From the NCBI GenBank assembly GCA_951406725.2, contig OX597837.1, positions 41,416,001 to 41,480,000 on the forward strand: a stretch of 64,000 bases of DNA, given 5' to 3'. The notes beneath the pieces were generated by a model that saw nothing but the letters and a program-made list of their open reading frames with translations, made no database searches and was not told the DNA's origin. Source of the stretch: Octopus vulgaris (Eukaryota). A program made the translations under genes and the position numbers. Shown here one piece after another: positions 14,423-28,051 of this stretch (position 1 is the first letter of the stretch; every line of letters begins with the position of its first letter).

Positions 14423-14500
14423 AAGAGAAAGAGAGAGAGAAGGAGAAAGAGAAAGAGAGAGAGGCAGAGGGAGAGAAATGGAGAGACAGAGCGAGAGATA
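14209..14500. repeat. GA-rich polypurine tract
   Basis: (GA)n/(GAAA)n. Confidence 0.9.
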
Positions 14501-14929
14501 TGGTTGGACGGGTGATGGCGTTGAAAGTGACGGTGGTGGAATTTCTGGTAGTGGTGGTGAGGGTGATGGTTCTTTGTTAGTAGGTGGTGGTGGAGGTGGT
14601 GGTGGTGGTGGTGGTGGTGGTTGAAGCAAAGGTGGTGGTTGTGGTGATGGTGGCAATGATGATCGTTGCAGTAGTAGAGGTATTGACGGCGGCGGTGGTT
14701 GTTTAGGGGTGGCTGCTTTTGCTGCTGCTGCTGCTGCTGCTGCTTGTGTTTGGTGATAGTAGGTGTACTGGTGATGGCGAGGACGGGGGCAGCAGCGATA
14801 GTGGTGGTGGTACTACTGCTGGTGATGGTGATGATGGTGACGGTGATATTATTGGTGGTGGTGCTGGTCGTCGTCGTGGTTACGGTGACTGTTGCGATTG
14901 TAATGGTCGTGGTGGTGGTGGTGGTGGTG

Positions 14930-15140
14930 ATGGTGGTAGTACTTGTGGTGCTTGTGGTGGTGGTGGTGGTAGTACTTGTGGTTCTTGTGGTGGTGGTGGT
15001 GGTGGTGGTGGTAGTGGTGGTGGTAGTACTTGTGGTTCTTGTGGTGGTGGTGGTGGTGGTGGTGGTGGTGGTACTTGTGGTTCTTGTGGTGGTAGTACTT
15101 GTGGTGGTGGTGGTGGTGGTACTTGTGGTGCTTGTGGTGG
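14930..15140. repeat. Minisatellite GTACTTGTGGT(G/T)CTTGT(GGT)n
   Basis: Five to six variable units. Confidence 0.85.
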
Positions 15141-15586
15141 TGATGGTGACGGTAGTGATGGTGCTGGTGGGGATGGTGATGGTGGTGGTGGTGGTGTGAG
15201 AATGGTATGGAACAGCTGTATTAATTTCATAAGACTCTTATGCTTCTCTCTCTCTCTCTCTCTCTCTACCTCCACTCCGTTTCTCCTCCTCCTTCCTTCA
15301 AATATGCTTGGACACACACGCACACATGTACACACTCATCATCATCAACATCATCATCATCACAACCGTCATTATCGTTGTCATCATAATCACCGTCATC
15401 GTCTTCGACATTCGCTGACAGAATCGTAAGACAATCGAAATATCTATCCTACTGCAAGTCCTCTTGTTCTTTACTTTCTGAGTTCAAATCCCACCCAGGT
15501 CAAATTTTCCATCCATTCTTTGGAGATCGATAGAATATACTCCTAGTCTAAATTACCAAGGTTAATGGTATCGATTATTTCCCTTC

Positions 15587-16015
15587 TGGCAGCTCCCTAA
15601 GGCAGCGAGCTGGCAAAAACGTTAGCACGCCGGGTGAAATGCTTAGTGGTATTTCGTCTGCCGCTACGTTCTAAGTTCAAATTCCACTGAGGTCGACTTT
15701 ACTTTTCATCCTTTCGGGGTCGATTAAATAAGTACCAGTTACGCACTGGGGTCGATATAATCGACTTAATCCGTTTGTCTGTCCTTGTTTGTCCCCTCTG
15801 TGTGTAGCTCCTTGTGGGCAGTAAAGAAATAGGTATTTCGTCTGCCGCTACGTTCTGAGTTCAAATTCCGCCGAGGTCGGCTTTGCCTTTCATCCTTTTG
15901 GGGTCGATTAAATAAGTACCAGTTACGCACTGGGGTCGATATAATCGACTTAATCCGTTTGTCTGTCCTTGTTTGTCCACTCTGTGTTTAGCCACTTGTG
16001 GGTGGTAAAGAAATA
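15587..16015 (+). mobile_element. Dimeric family B SINE inserted into an older family B copy, with 20-bp target-site duplication
   Basis: GGTATCGATTATTTCCCTTC at 15567-15586 and 16016-16035. Halves of the host element lie at about 15470-15586 and 16016-16070. Confidence 0.85.
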
Positions 16016-16088
16016 GGTATCGATTATTTCCCTTCCCCTCAAAATTGTTAACCTTGTGCCTAAATGAAAAACTAACATCGTTATTTTA

Positions 16089-17661
16089 GCAGGGGCTAAA
16101 ATCAACGCTGACAAATTGACTGGTTTACAGTTGGGCTCCTGGAGAGGCAGGACGATGCCATCGGACGGCGTCGTCCAATGCTGGACCAACGGACCAGTTA
16201 AACTGCTCGCGGTCTGGTTGGTCCCGACTTCCAGATTGATAAATACCAGGACGAGGTGGCGAACAGGGTGACCAGTCTTACCCAGGAATGGGCTGAGAAG
16301 ACTCTGTCGCTGAAAGGTCAGACTGAGGTGATGAATGCTTACATCGCCTCCGTTATCATTTATCTCCTGACCGTCGTGCTTTGTCCTGGTTACTGCTTGA
16401 CCAGGTTGGAGCGTCTTTTATTTAAATTCTTGTGGGACGGACGCGTTCCAATGGTCAGGCAGCCAGTTGTTGCCAGCATCCTCTGAGTGGCGGATTAGGT
16501 ATGCTGTGGCTCCTAATACGGAGACACGCACTTAAGTTACGCTACCTGCAACGATTTCTGGGCGGTGAGTGTGTGTATGGGCACCGTTTGTGAGACTTGT
16601 CTTTCCGCAGTTCGTCTCCTTGACGGAGCTGCAGTCCTGGATGAAAAAACCGAGACTGGGTGCCTGGCATCTAGAATGTTATCAGGTGCTCACAACCCTT
16701 TACCAGTCGGCCAATGGGATCGGTGGATGTTCCACTTTAGAAATGTGTAGAGGACTAGTGGCGAGGAAGTGCGACGACGTTCTCGGAGAGATTCTGGGCG
16801 CCGACGAGAACGAAGTGGCTAGTCTGTTCCGGAGGACTTTCCGGTCGGGAACTATCATGGATAATTTCCAGATGTTCTTGGCTTGGCAGTGCTACCGGGA
16901 GAGGGGGCGATGGAGCGGTACGGGTTCGAGATAAACTCTACATACTTGTCCGAGATACGCGCAGAGTGACGAAACTGTTCTGCATGCCCTCGTTCAGTGT
17001 CCAGGTATTGCTGACTTGTGGGGTTATGTTCAACAGCTGCTGTCACGTATGGGACGGATCTGTCTGTCATCCGAGTCTGTAGTGATGATCGCACCGCCGC
17101 CCTCCTTCAATCGGGCAGGCAAGGCAGCTTTCCTCTGCCTGGTAGCTGTGGTGAAAGAGGTTGTTTGGTGGACGAGGCTGAAAGGTATGAGGACAGACAC
17201 ATTTCTTTTTGGTAGAACTCTCATTCACTTCTTCAAGTTTCTCTCGAAAAGGAAATTGAGAGTGGAGAGAGAAGTGTTGTCCTCGAGTGAGTTTATTGAA
17301 AGGTGGGTGAAAGTTGCTAAAATGGCAAGAGTGGATGCTACCTCTCTAAGCGTAGACCTGTGAGTCGGAGAGAAGAAATAGGAGAGGGCACTTGCTCCTA
17401 GGGTTTCAGGGAAATCCCGGACAATGGGGTTCCTCGATTGTCCCTGGAGACCTTCCTGTATCAGGAGGGCCACATCTCTATCATCCTCCACACCATTATT
17501 TGTTTTGTATACTATGCATATGACACAATTTTTCAGTGTATACCGCGTATACTTATTTTTTCTTTCTTTTTATCATTTCATTATTATATGTAACCCCCAT
17601 ACTTTATGTCTGTCTCTGTAATGTCCCCTTCATCATTCTCCTTTGCGACATATAAATGAAA

Positions 17662-17662
<1 letters not shown>
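16089..17662 (+). mobile_element. 5'-truncated, frameshifted non-LTR retrotransposon (L1/Tx1-like ORF2 C-terminus plus 3' UTR)
   Basis: Translated pieces: GAKINADK (end of RT), LSLKGQTEVMNAYIASVIIY, LLFKFLWDGRVPMVR, GGLGM, and a zinc-knuckle relic CPRY..SDETVLHALVQCP. Stop at 17363. Followed by (ATT)n. Confidence 0.88.
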
Positions 17663-17699
<37 letters not shown>

Positions 17700-17701
<2 letters not shown>

Positions 17702-17885
17702 GGCAGTGAGCTGACAGAATCATTAGCACGCCAGATGAAATGCATAGCAGCATTTCGTCCGTCATTAAGCTCTGAGTTCAAATTCCACCGAGGTTGACTA
17801 TGCCTTTAATCCTTTCGGGGTCGATAAATTAAGTACCAGTTAAAACTCCACCAAAACTGCTGCCCTTGTGGCAAAATTTGTAACC
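17700..17885 (+). mobile_element. SINE family B between (ATT)n tracts
   Basis: Head, B box and core are present. Confidence 0.82.
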
Positions 17886-17938
<53 letters not shown>

Positions 17939-18789
17939 GAAGGGTTCAACTGGTAGAATCTTTAGTGCGTCGAACAAAATAGTTAGCGGCATCTCCTTCA
18001 GGTTTATGTGTGTGTTTGTATGTGTGTTTTTCTACCAGTGGGTGTGTGTGAATGTAAACATGTGCATGTGTGTGTGTATGTGTGTGTGTGTATGCAGTAT
18101 GTATGTATATATGTGTCTGTGTACGTATGCGTCAACGTGTTTTCATGTATAAGAGAAAAAGAGAGAAAAAGTAAAAGAGGAGAGAGAGAGACGCACAGAA
18201 AGGAATGTTTATCCCGGTGGTGACCACCACCACCGATCCATATATCTATTCTCTGGCTTAAGCGATTCAGAAAAGCAGAGTAAATACGATAAGTGATCAT
18301 CTGGTTAAGACTGGTAACATGGCAACCGTATTTGGATCAATGCTTCGAATTTGTCACGCTACAGCTAATCCTAATCCGAAATCTATCGGTAAAGTGTTAT
18401 TCTGAAATCTTCATTGTGAAGTCAGAAGTGTGATTAAAGTTTCACTGAATAAGATGGCGGAAACGGAAGCAGTTTTAGGAAATAAGTTTTCGCTTTGACG
18501 TATAAGGGATCACTGGAGATTAGGGTACTGGACAAATGAAAATGACAGGAAGTGAACTAATATGGCTGGTCAGTAATATTTTAGTGTTTGTATCATAGAC
18601 ATATGGTTAGTTGGTTGGGTGGGTGGGTGTTTGGATGGTCAGATGGGTGGTTGTATGACTGGATGTGTGGATGAACGGATGAGTGAATGGGTAGATAGAT
18701 CGATAGCAAGACCATTTCACACCCATACATATATGCGTACGGGCGTGTGTCTGAGTAAACGTGTGTGTATGTAAGCATATGTGTGTGTG

Positions 18790-18843
<54 letters not shown>

Positions 18844-18865
18844 GAAGTTGGGAGAAATCTTCGCA

Positions 18866-18907
18866 AACTGTTACTCAGAGTTTCGCGTTACCGTTCGTCG
18901 GACAGTT
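18866..18907 (-). ncRNA. Minimal type I hammerhead ribozyme-like motif (U4C core variant)
   Basis: Reverse complement: AACTGT-CCGACGA-ACG-gtaa-CGC-GAAA-CTC-t-GAG-TA-ACAGTT. 6-bp stem I, palindromic stem III, GUA triplet. Confidence 0.7.
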
Positions 18908-19081
18908 GTGACTATACCAAATGGGTTTGTGAAGATTTTTCAGCTTTAATAAAAAGCATATTACTCTATCCTCGGTATTCGAGTACTATTTTTCTACCTT
19001 GTTTTGCAATTATGCGCTTACTTGTGTATAAATGTATGTATATATATATATTTATATGTGTGTGTATGTATATATATACAT

Positions 19082-19229
<148 letters not shown>

Positions 19230-19270
19230 CGAGAGAGAGAGCGAGAGAGAGAGAGCGAGAGAGAGAGAGA

Positions 19271-19426
19271 GCGGCTGTGTGGTAAGTAGCTTGCTTCCCA
19301 AGCACATGGTTCCAGGTTCAGATCCACTGCATGGCATCTTGAGCAAGTATCTTCTTCTATAGCTTCAGGGTGACCAAAGCCTTGTGAATGGAAGTGGTAG
19401 ACGAAAACTGAAAGAACTCCGTCTTG

Positions 19427-19430
<4 letters not shown>
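19271..19430 (+). mobile_element. SINE family A, 5' half
   Basis: Head and core run into (TA)n. Confidence 0.8.
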
Positions 19431-19474
<44 letters not shown>

Positions 19475-19524
19475 TACACATATATACATATACATATATA
19501 TATACATATGTATATGTAAGTAAG

Positions 19525-19572
<48 letters not shown>

Positions 19573-20125
19573 AATATATAGGTGTGTGTACATATATATA
19601 TATATGTATATTTATGTAGATATGTGTGTGTGCGCGCGTACGTTCGTGTGTGTATGTGTGTGTGTGTGTTTGTGTGCGTGTGTCTGTGTACAGAGAGAGA
19701 TAGAGACACACACACACACACAAATATCAAAGGAGATTGACTGGTTGATTGATTGGTTATTCATCAGATATATTTATAAAACAAAGAATATATCAAAAGA
19801 CAATTTAATGTAAAAAAGAAAATAATAATAAGAGCTTAAAGTAAAGAAACATTTTAACGCTTCGTGAAATGATGAAACCTTCTAAAGCTAGATTAAGCGA
19901 ATATTCAGCTACAGATGTTACCTCCCTTGTCATAGTAATTCTCCAGTTGGAGACGGTAGGCGCTGACATGACAGTTACGATGTAGAAATGCGATATAATA
20001 CCAGGTTTGACCACCATGTTGTTTTTTTTTCATGGTTGACTTCATGTTGTATGTGGGACAGAGGACGAGTAATAACTGTAGCGTCTCCCCGTTAGACACG
20101 CAGAGGCTATCTATCGCTCCATCAC

Positions 20126-20156
<31 letters not shown>

Positions 20157-20186
20157 GTATTTATATATATGTATATATATATATAC

Positions 20187-20254
<68 letters not shown>

Positions 20255-20269
20255 TTATGTGTATATATG

Positions 20270-20515
20270 GGCGCTGGCGTGGTTGTGCAGTAAAAAGTTC
20301 TTTTCCCAACCACATGGTTCAGGTTTCAGTCCCATTGCGCGGCACATTGTCTTCTATTCTAGCCTCGAGTCGACCAAAACCTTGTGAGTGGATTTGGTAG
20401 ACGGAAATCTGAAAGAGGCCCGTCCTCTCTCTCTCTCTCTCTCTCTTTCCCCTTCTTTGTCTCTCTCTCCCTCCCTCTCTGTCCCTCTCTTTCCTTTCCT
20501 CTCTGTCTTTCTCTC

Positions 20516-20602
<87 letters not shown>

Positions 20603-20840
20603 GCTTCTTTCAATATATGTATATGTTTGTGTGTCTGTGTTTGTCCCCCACCATCTCTTGTCAATCGATGTTGGTGCGTTTACGTCTCCGTAACTTAACA
20701 GTTCGGCGAAAGAGACCGATAGAATAAGTACTAAGCTTACAAAGAATAAGTCCTGGCGTCGATTTGTTCCACTAAAGGCGATGCCCAAGCATGGCTGCAG
20801 TCAAATGACTGAAACAAGAAAAAGAATAAAAGAAAGAATA
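20270..20840 (+). mobile_element. SINE family A with expanded internal (CT)n/(TA)n
   Basis: Both halves flank about 200 bp of microsatellite. Confidence 0.85.
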
Positions 20841-20892
20841 AAAAAATATATACATATACATATTCTTTATATATATGTGTGTGTGTATATGT

Positions 20893-20927
<35 letters not shown>

Positions 20928-21263
20928 CATATATGTATATATATATGTATATATATAATATATATATGTGTTATGCATACATATATGCATGTATGTGTAA
21001 TATACGCACACATATATATATATATATAAATATATATATGTGTATATATATATATATATACATTAATATATGTGTAATCTGCATATATATCCATGAATAA
21101 ATGTATGTATAATATATATATATGCTTTTATATACATACATATATTATATGCGCGTGTATGTATGTACGTACGTATGTATAATATCATGAATATGTATGT
21201 ATGCACACATTCTTTTATATACGTCTATATATAAGTATATGTATATATCTATATGTGTATATA

Positions 21264-21318
<55 letters not shown>

Positions 21319-21332
21319 AGACACCACACATC

Positions 21333-21390
21333 CGTCATCTGATGACTGTGTTTACCTCATTAACATTCAGAAACGGTTACTAGTTAGGCG
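21333..21390 (+). ncRNA. Hammerhead-like motif (degenerate)
   Basis: CGTCAT-CTGATGA-cTGTGTT...AACAttCA-GAAA-C...G-TT-AGGCG. Stems imperfect. Follows a (TA)n tract. Confidence 0.45.
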
Positions 21391-22052
21391 ACATCTGCGG
21401 TCAAGAATCGTGGCAAAGTTCCTTTTTTCATAATATATATTCCATAGAATTTTCCAGAATAATCAAGCCAGGCTTTAGTTCCCCCTCCCCCCGCATCACC
21501 ACCACGTAATACATTCCTCCTTTATCCTATCTCTTTTTCCCTCTCTCTATCTATCTATCTCTTTCATTCTGTTTCTCTTTCTCTCCTTCTCCAAGAATGT
21601 GCGCCTGCTTGCCTGCCTGCCTGACTGTAGAGAATCTATTTTCATACCAAAATCAATTCTTTCATATGGAAATCATTATCTTTATAACGCTCGTTTCTGT
21701 GAACAGTTTCTCGCGTGGAACCACACCGTCTATTATTAATCTATTCCAGTTTAAAGAACCAATTGATCTCATGATTAAATTAAGCTCGAGATTTAAGAGA
21801 CAGCTTTATAGCGAAAATCTCCTTAAACTAGCTATTAGAAGGCTATATTTCTGATATAATCAATAGCGTTAACACTATATATCGTACACTAAGTTTTATA
21901 ATGTCGCATCCACCATGAATCCTAAGTAGTCTGAAATATTAATACAGATGTGTAGAGCTGTACTACAAATGTTCGCAGTTACGGCCTTGTCTCCAGTGAC
22001 AATGTCGTGCCCGTTAGTCGCTGTGGCTGCAGTATGAACAACGTTTTATTGC

Positions 22053-22089
<37 letters not shown>

Positions 22090-22093
<4 letters not shown>

Positions 22094-22314
22094 TTTGCTC
22101 TTTTACTCTTTTACTTGTTTCAGTCATTTGACTGCGGCCATGCTGGAGTACCGCCTTTTAGTCGAGCAAATCGACCCCGGGACTTATTCTTTTTGCAAGC
22201 CCAGTACTTATTCTATCGGTCTCTTTTTGCCGAACCGCTAAGTGACGGGGACGTAAACACACCAGCATCGGTTGTCAAGCAATGCTAGGGGGACAAACAC
22301 AGACACACAAACAC

Positions 22315-22377
<63 letters not shown>

Positions 22378-22502
22378 TACGACAGGCTTCTTTCAGTTTC
22401 CGTCTACCAAATCCACTCACAAGGCATTGGTCGGCCCGGGGCTATAACAGAAGACACTTGCCCAAGGTGCCACGCAGTGGGACTGAACCCGGAACCATGT
22501 GG
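22090..22502 (-). mobile_element. SINE family A, 5'-truncated
   Basis: Near-consensus halves around (TA)n. Confidence 0.88.
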
Positions 22503-22507
22503 TATAG

Positions 22508-22559
<52 letters not shown>

Positions 22560-22875
22560 ACAGACGCACACACACGCACAGACATGCACACGCACGCACA
22601 GACACGCTAATACTTTTTACCTGTTACGTGTTTCAGTCATTGGACTGCGGCCATGCTGGGGCATTGGCATAAAGGGTTTTAATCTAAAAAAAAAACCAAA
22701 TCACTTTTTCAGCTGGACATTTATTCCATCGAGATTTTTCTTAGTCAAACCGCTACCTTACGGTGACATAAACAAAACAACACCGGTTCTCAAGTGCTGT
22801 TGGGAGACAAACACAAACAGAAAATGCACATACACACGCACACATACGTGTATATGTATGTGTATGTGTATCAAC

Positions 22876-22951
22876 AACGAGCCATGGGACTCGAACCCAT
22901 AACCCTCAAACTCTCCAGCTGAGTGCTTTACCATTAAGCTAAACTGCCCGC
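22876..22951 (-). mobile_element. tRNA-derived head (SINE fragment or tRNA pseudogene)
   Basis: D arm GCTT/AAGC and T arm ATGGG-TTCGAGT-CCCAT are intact. The acceptor stem does not pair and the anticodon loop is oversized. Confidence 0.65.
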
Positions 22952-23095
22952 AGTACACATTGTGACGCATCTAATAAAATTACAATATTTATTTACATTT
23001 CTACACACATGGTTGTTCTATGAAGCTAAACTATTTAGCATCTAACTCGATGGATGAATTTTTCAGCGGGCAGTTTAGCTTAACCACACACACAC

Positions 23096-23236
23096 GAGTG
23101 GCTGTGTGGTTAGTAGCTTGCTTACCAGCCACATGGTTCCGGGTTCAGTCCCACTGCGTGGCACGTTGGGCAAGTGTCTTCTACTATAGCCTCGTGAGTG
23201 GATTTGGTAGACGGAAACTGAAAGACGCCCGTCGTA

Positions 23237-23279
<43 letters not shown>

Positions 23280-23810
23280 GTGTGTGTGTGAGTTTGTGTG
23301 TCTGTGTTTGTCTCCCCAACATCGCTTGACAACCGAAGCTGGTGTGTTACGTCCCCGTAACTTAGCGGTTCGGCAAAAGAGACCGATATAATAAGTACTA
23401 GGCTTACAGAGAATAAGTCCTGGGGTCGATTTGCTCGACTGAAGGCGGTGCTCCAGAATAGCCTAAGTCAAATGTTCTGAGTTCAAATTCCGCCGAAGTC
23501 GACTTTGCCTTTCATCCTTTCGGGGTCGATTAATTAAGTACCAGTTACGCACTGGGGTCGATATAATCGACTTAAACTCTTTGTCTGTCCTTGTTTGTCC
23601 TCTCTGTGTTTAGCCCCTTGTGGGTAGTAAAGAAATAGGTATTCCGTCTGTCTTTCTAAGTTCGAAATCCGCCGAGGTCGACTTTGTCTTTCATCCTTTT
23701 TGGGTCGATAAATTAAGTACCAGTTGCGTACAGGGGTTGATCTAATCAACTCCCTCTCCACACGCTCACACACACACAAACATTCGGGCCTCGTGCCTAG
23801 AGTAGAAAAT
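23096..23810 (+). mobile_element. Family A SINE fused at its tail to a family B dimer
   Basis: Family A at 23096-23472 runs directly into GTTCTGAGTTCAAATTCC. Second family B copy starts at about 23636. Confidence 0.85.
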
Positions 23811-24267
23811 GATGTTAACTTAAATCAAAGCAAAACTCTACGAAAAGGCAATATTTCCCACAACACTGAGAATATTCGCTCTCCCTCTCTCTTTCTCTCT
23901 CTCTATCACTCACTCTCTCTCTCTCTATCTCTATCTTTATTTCTGTCTCTATTTCTTTCTCCATTACAATATTTTAACACTCGAGTTAAAACAACTTGAT
24001 GGGAGCGCCACCATGCGTGAAAGCTTCAATTTACTTAGATGCATTTGTCTTTTTGGTTGAACACAAATTTGAGAATTAATATTTGGCAAGAAGCCCTCCC
24101 CCAGACCTTCACACCCACACCCAAAAACACACACACGCACACTCACATAAATACCCTCACACACAAACACACTCACACACACCCTGACACAAACATTCAC
24201 ACACATACACACACACACACACACACACTGTCTCTCCCTCACACACACACACACACACACACAACAA

Positions 24268-24691
24268 ACCCTCAGATATCATCTCTCTCTGTTTTTACAC
24301 ACACACTCACACAAACACACACACACACACGCAAGCGAACACACTCTCTTACACTTACACTCTCTTTATCACACGCACACACTCTCTCGCACACACATTC
24401 ATACACACGCTCTCTTTCTCACACGCACACACACTCTCTCACACACACTCATACAAACACACGCACTTACACACACAAACACCCTCAGATATCATCTCTC
24501 TCTGTTTTTACACACACACTCACACAAACACACACGCACACACGCAAGCGAACACGCTCTCTTACACTTACACTCTCTTTATCACACGCACACACTCTCT
24601 CGCACACACATTCATACACACGCTCTCTTTCTCACACGCACACACACTCTCTCACACACACTCATACAAACGCACGCACTTACACACACAA

Positions 24692-24695
<4 letters not shown>
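24268..24695. repeat. Tandem duplication, about 213-bp unit, of degenerate CA/CT-rich DNA
   Basis: CTCAGATATCATCTCTCTCTG at 24271 and 24484, with near-identical continuation. Confidence 0.9.
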
Positions 24696-24732
<37 letters not shown>

Positions 24733-25362
24733 CACGCACGCAGACTCTCGCACTTACACATACTCTCTCACACACATATTCACACACGCTCTCGTTCTCA
24801 CACGCACACACATACTCTTACACACACTCTCCCTTTCTCACACACGCACACACACACACACTCTCTCTCTCACACACACACTCACACAAGCTAAAGTTCT
24901 CTTCCTGTAGATATAAATCCTCCCCTACTCAGGGGGAATCAGACAATACTCACAGTTATTATTATAATTAATCAAATCTTGAATTACTAACGCTCGTTAA
25001 TCATTAAATTTATGTCGTCATCATTGATTGATGCCGGCTCTGTTGTTGTTGTTGTTGTTGTTGTCGTTGTTGTTGTTGCCATTATTATTATTATTATTAT
25101 TGCTCTTGCAGTCGCCATTGTCATCACCATCGTCCATATTGTTTTTCTGGCTTATAATATCGATATACTTCTTGTTAATGTTGTTGTCATTATTAACTCA
25201 ACGCAACTAGAGCTATTATTGCTGGAGAATGTTGTTGCAATCATCATCGTCGTTGTTGTTGTTGTTGCTGTCATCGTTGTTGTTGTTGTTGTTGTTATCG
25301 TTCTTGTCTTCATCTTTGTCATCGTCGTTGAAATATTGTTGCACTTCTCATTCTTCTTCTTC

Positions 25363-25394
<32 letters not shown>

Positions 25395-26132
25395 CTTCTT
25401 CTTCTTCATTTTCTTCTGCCTCCTCCTCCTTCTTCTTCCTCTTCCTCTTCTTCTCTGCCTGCTTCTTCCTCTTCTTTTCCTTCATCATCATCATCATCAT
25501 CATTTTCTCCCTCCTCTTCATCATCATCATCTTCACCTTTTTCTTGCTGCTGCTACTACTACTACTACTACTATTACTACTACAAATAATACTACGAGCA
25601 ACACCAACAACAACAACGCTAATACTACTACTTTTATCATTATTATTATTATTATTATTGTACTGTTAGTATTGCTGTTATCATCCTCTCTATCGTTGTT
25701 GCTGTTGTTCTTCTTGAATGTTGTTAAACATCGCTGTTGATCTTGTCCTCCTCTTCTTCCTCCTCCTCCTCCTCCTCCTCCTCCTCCTCATCGTTGCTGT
25801 TATTTATTTCTCACCGATGATTCTTTCCAATGATACTTATCTATCTCATACCTCTTTCCTTCCTTCCTTCCTTCTTTCCTTCCTTCTTTCCTTCCTTCCT
25901 TCCTTCCTTCCTTCCTTCCTTCCTTCCTTCCTTCTTTCTTTCTTTCTTTCTTCTACTTACGTTATTGGAATTGCTTAGAAATAAATTTTTCTCGTTTCTT
26001 TTACTGGTTTCCTCATTAGTGCTGTTGTTATTGTTGTTGTGTTGTTTTTGTTATTGTTGTTGTTATTTCGCATTCTATTATGTATTACCCTTGATCGTAC
26101 TTTGCAAGATCTCTCTCTCTCTCTCTCTCTCT

Positions 26133-26187
<55 letters not shown>

Positions 26188-26856
26188 AGATTTATCATTG
26201 AGTCAGAAAAGGTTTTTAAAATATTGTATTGTTTTATTGAAACAGATTGAATTATAAAAAAAAACGAAAAAACTGAAGAAGAAGAAGAAGAAGAAGAAGA
26301 AGAAGAAGGAGGGGACGAGGATGAAATGAAGAAGTGGAAAAACATAAGAGGAGGAGAAGAAGGAAGAAGGGTGAAGGTGAGATGGAGCAGGGGCACCTTT
26401 ACCACCATCGCAATCTGTACAACAGAAACATCACTGTAGCAACACCAGCAGCAACAGCAGCAGCAACAGCAGTAGTAGTAGCAGCAGTGGCAGCAGCAGC
26501 AGCAGCAGCGGCAGCAACAAGGCAGTCACGGTTTTGAGAAAAGTGAAGAAATTCGCGAGGCGGGAAGAAGCGATTGAAGAAATGGAGTTAAGTCGTATTG
26601 AAATATCGCTGTTTTGGGAATAACAAGACTTCAGCTCTACTGGAATCGTTCAGCCAGCCGTGTGTTGAGGGGAGGGGCGGAGAGATGAAGAAGCTGGGGG
26701 TGGAGATAAACTGAGTAGGAATGGAAGAGGGAGAGGAAGCCATGATGCCGGCAAAAGTCACACCAGAACTTTGCTTTCACAACTTCAACAGTTGTGTTAT
26801 TTCAATCAGTTAAATTGATCAAAGTTGTCTCCACTTATTTGAGAGTACCCCTTTCT

Positions 26857-26895
<39 letters not shown>

Positions 26896-27023
26896 TCCGT
26901 TTGTGCTCATGTATGGTTACGTGTGTATGTGCATATGTCTTTGTGTGTTTGCATGTGCATTTGTGAATAGGGTGTACATATGTGTGCATACATGTGCTGC
27001 TTGGTTGTGCATGACTTTGCAAA

Positions 27024-27390
<367 letters not shown>

Positions 27391-28005
27391 CAGTAAAAGT
27401 TTAACCACAATTTTTCATATGAAACTAAATTTGATTAATGGAATTCATAGTCGTATACAGATATGTATCTCAGCATGTTTGTAAAAAAAACACAGATACA
27501 CACATATGTAAGTATCGATGTCTATCGTATGCATTATACAACAGCTTGACACTTCTAATTTTTCATGTAAAACATTTGATTAAACAACGTCCCGTTTTTT
27601 TCTTGGCTATATAGACGGTTCTTAAATGAGTATTCTGTTAAGCCAATGTAACATGCGGTATTGTTCATGTACTGTTTGATTAAAGAGAGAAAAAATATTT
27701 TTTCATAACAGTAATAGCATTCTTATTGTACGTGGATTAAACTAGATTATATTGTCTTTGTTTTATTTCTTTAAGTCGGCAAAGAAAGCAGTTCCTATTT
27801 TCCACTACAAAGTATCCATTATGGCTGGCAAGGATGGATAAAAGTATCCCCAAACTGGCCATTTTGTCCGAAAGCTTGCAAGACAATGAGTTCTGCTATA
27901 AGCTAACAATGAAAAGATCGAGAAGCACTCACACGTGCATGCCTACAACCTTGTATACGCATGCGTGTGTGCACATATATATTTATATATATATGTGTGT
28001 GTGTG

Positions 28006-28047
<42 letters not shown>

Positions 28048-28051
<4 letters not shown>

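Noticed and set aside
14719-15429. Gly/Cys-rich or PQEPQVLPPP protein
   Set aside because: Explained by a GGT-based minisatellite, with no splice or domain support
16089-17363. Intact or domesticated reverse transcriptase gene
   Set aside because: The RT core is missing, there are several frameshifts, and the zinc knuckle is mutated
21597-21854. 85-aa non-repetitive ORF
   Set aside because: No recognisable motif. More likely a unique non-coding island
22876-22951. Functional tRNA gene
   Set aside because: The acceptor stem does not pair and the anticodon loop is not 7 nt
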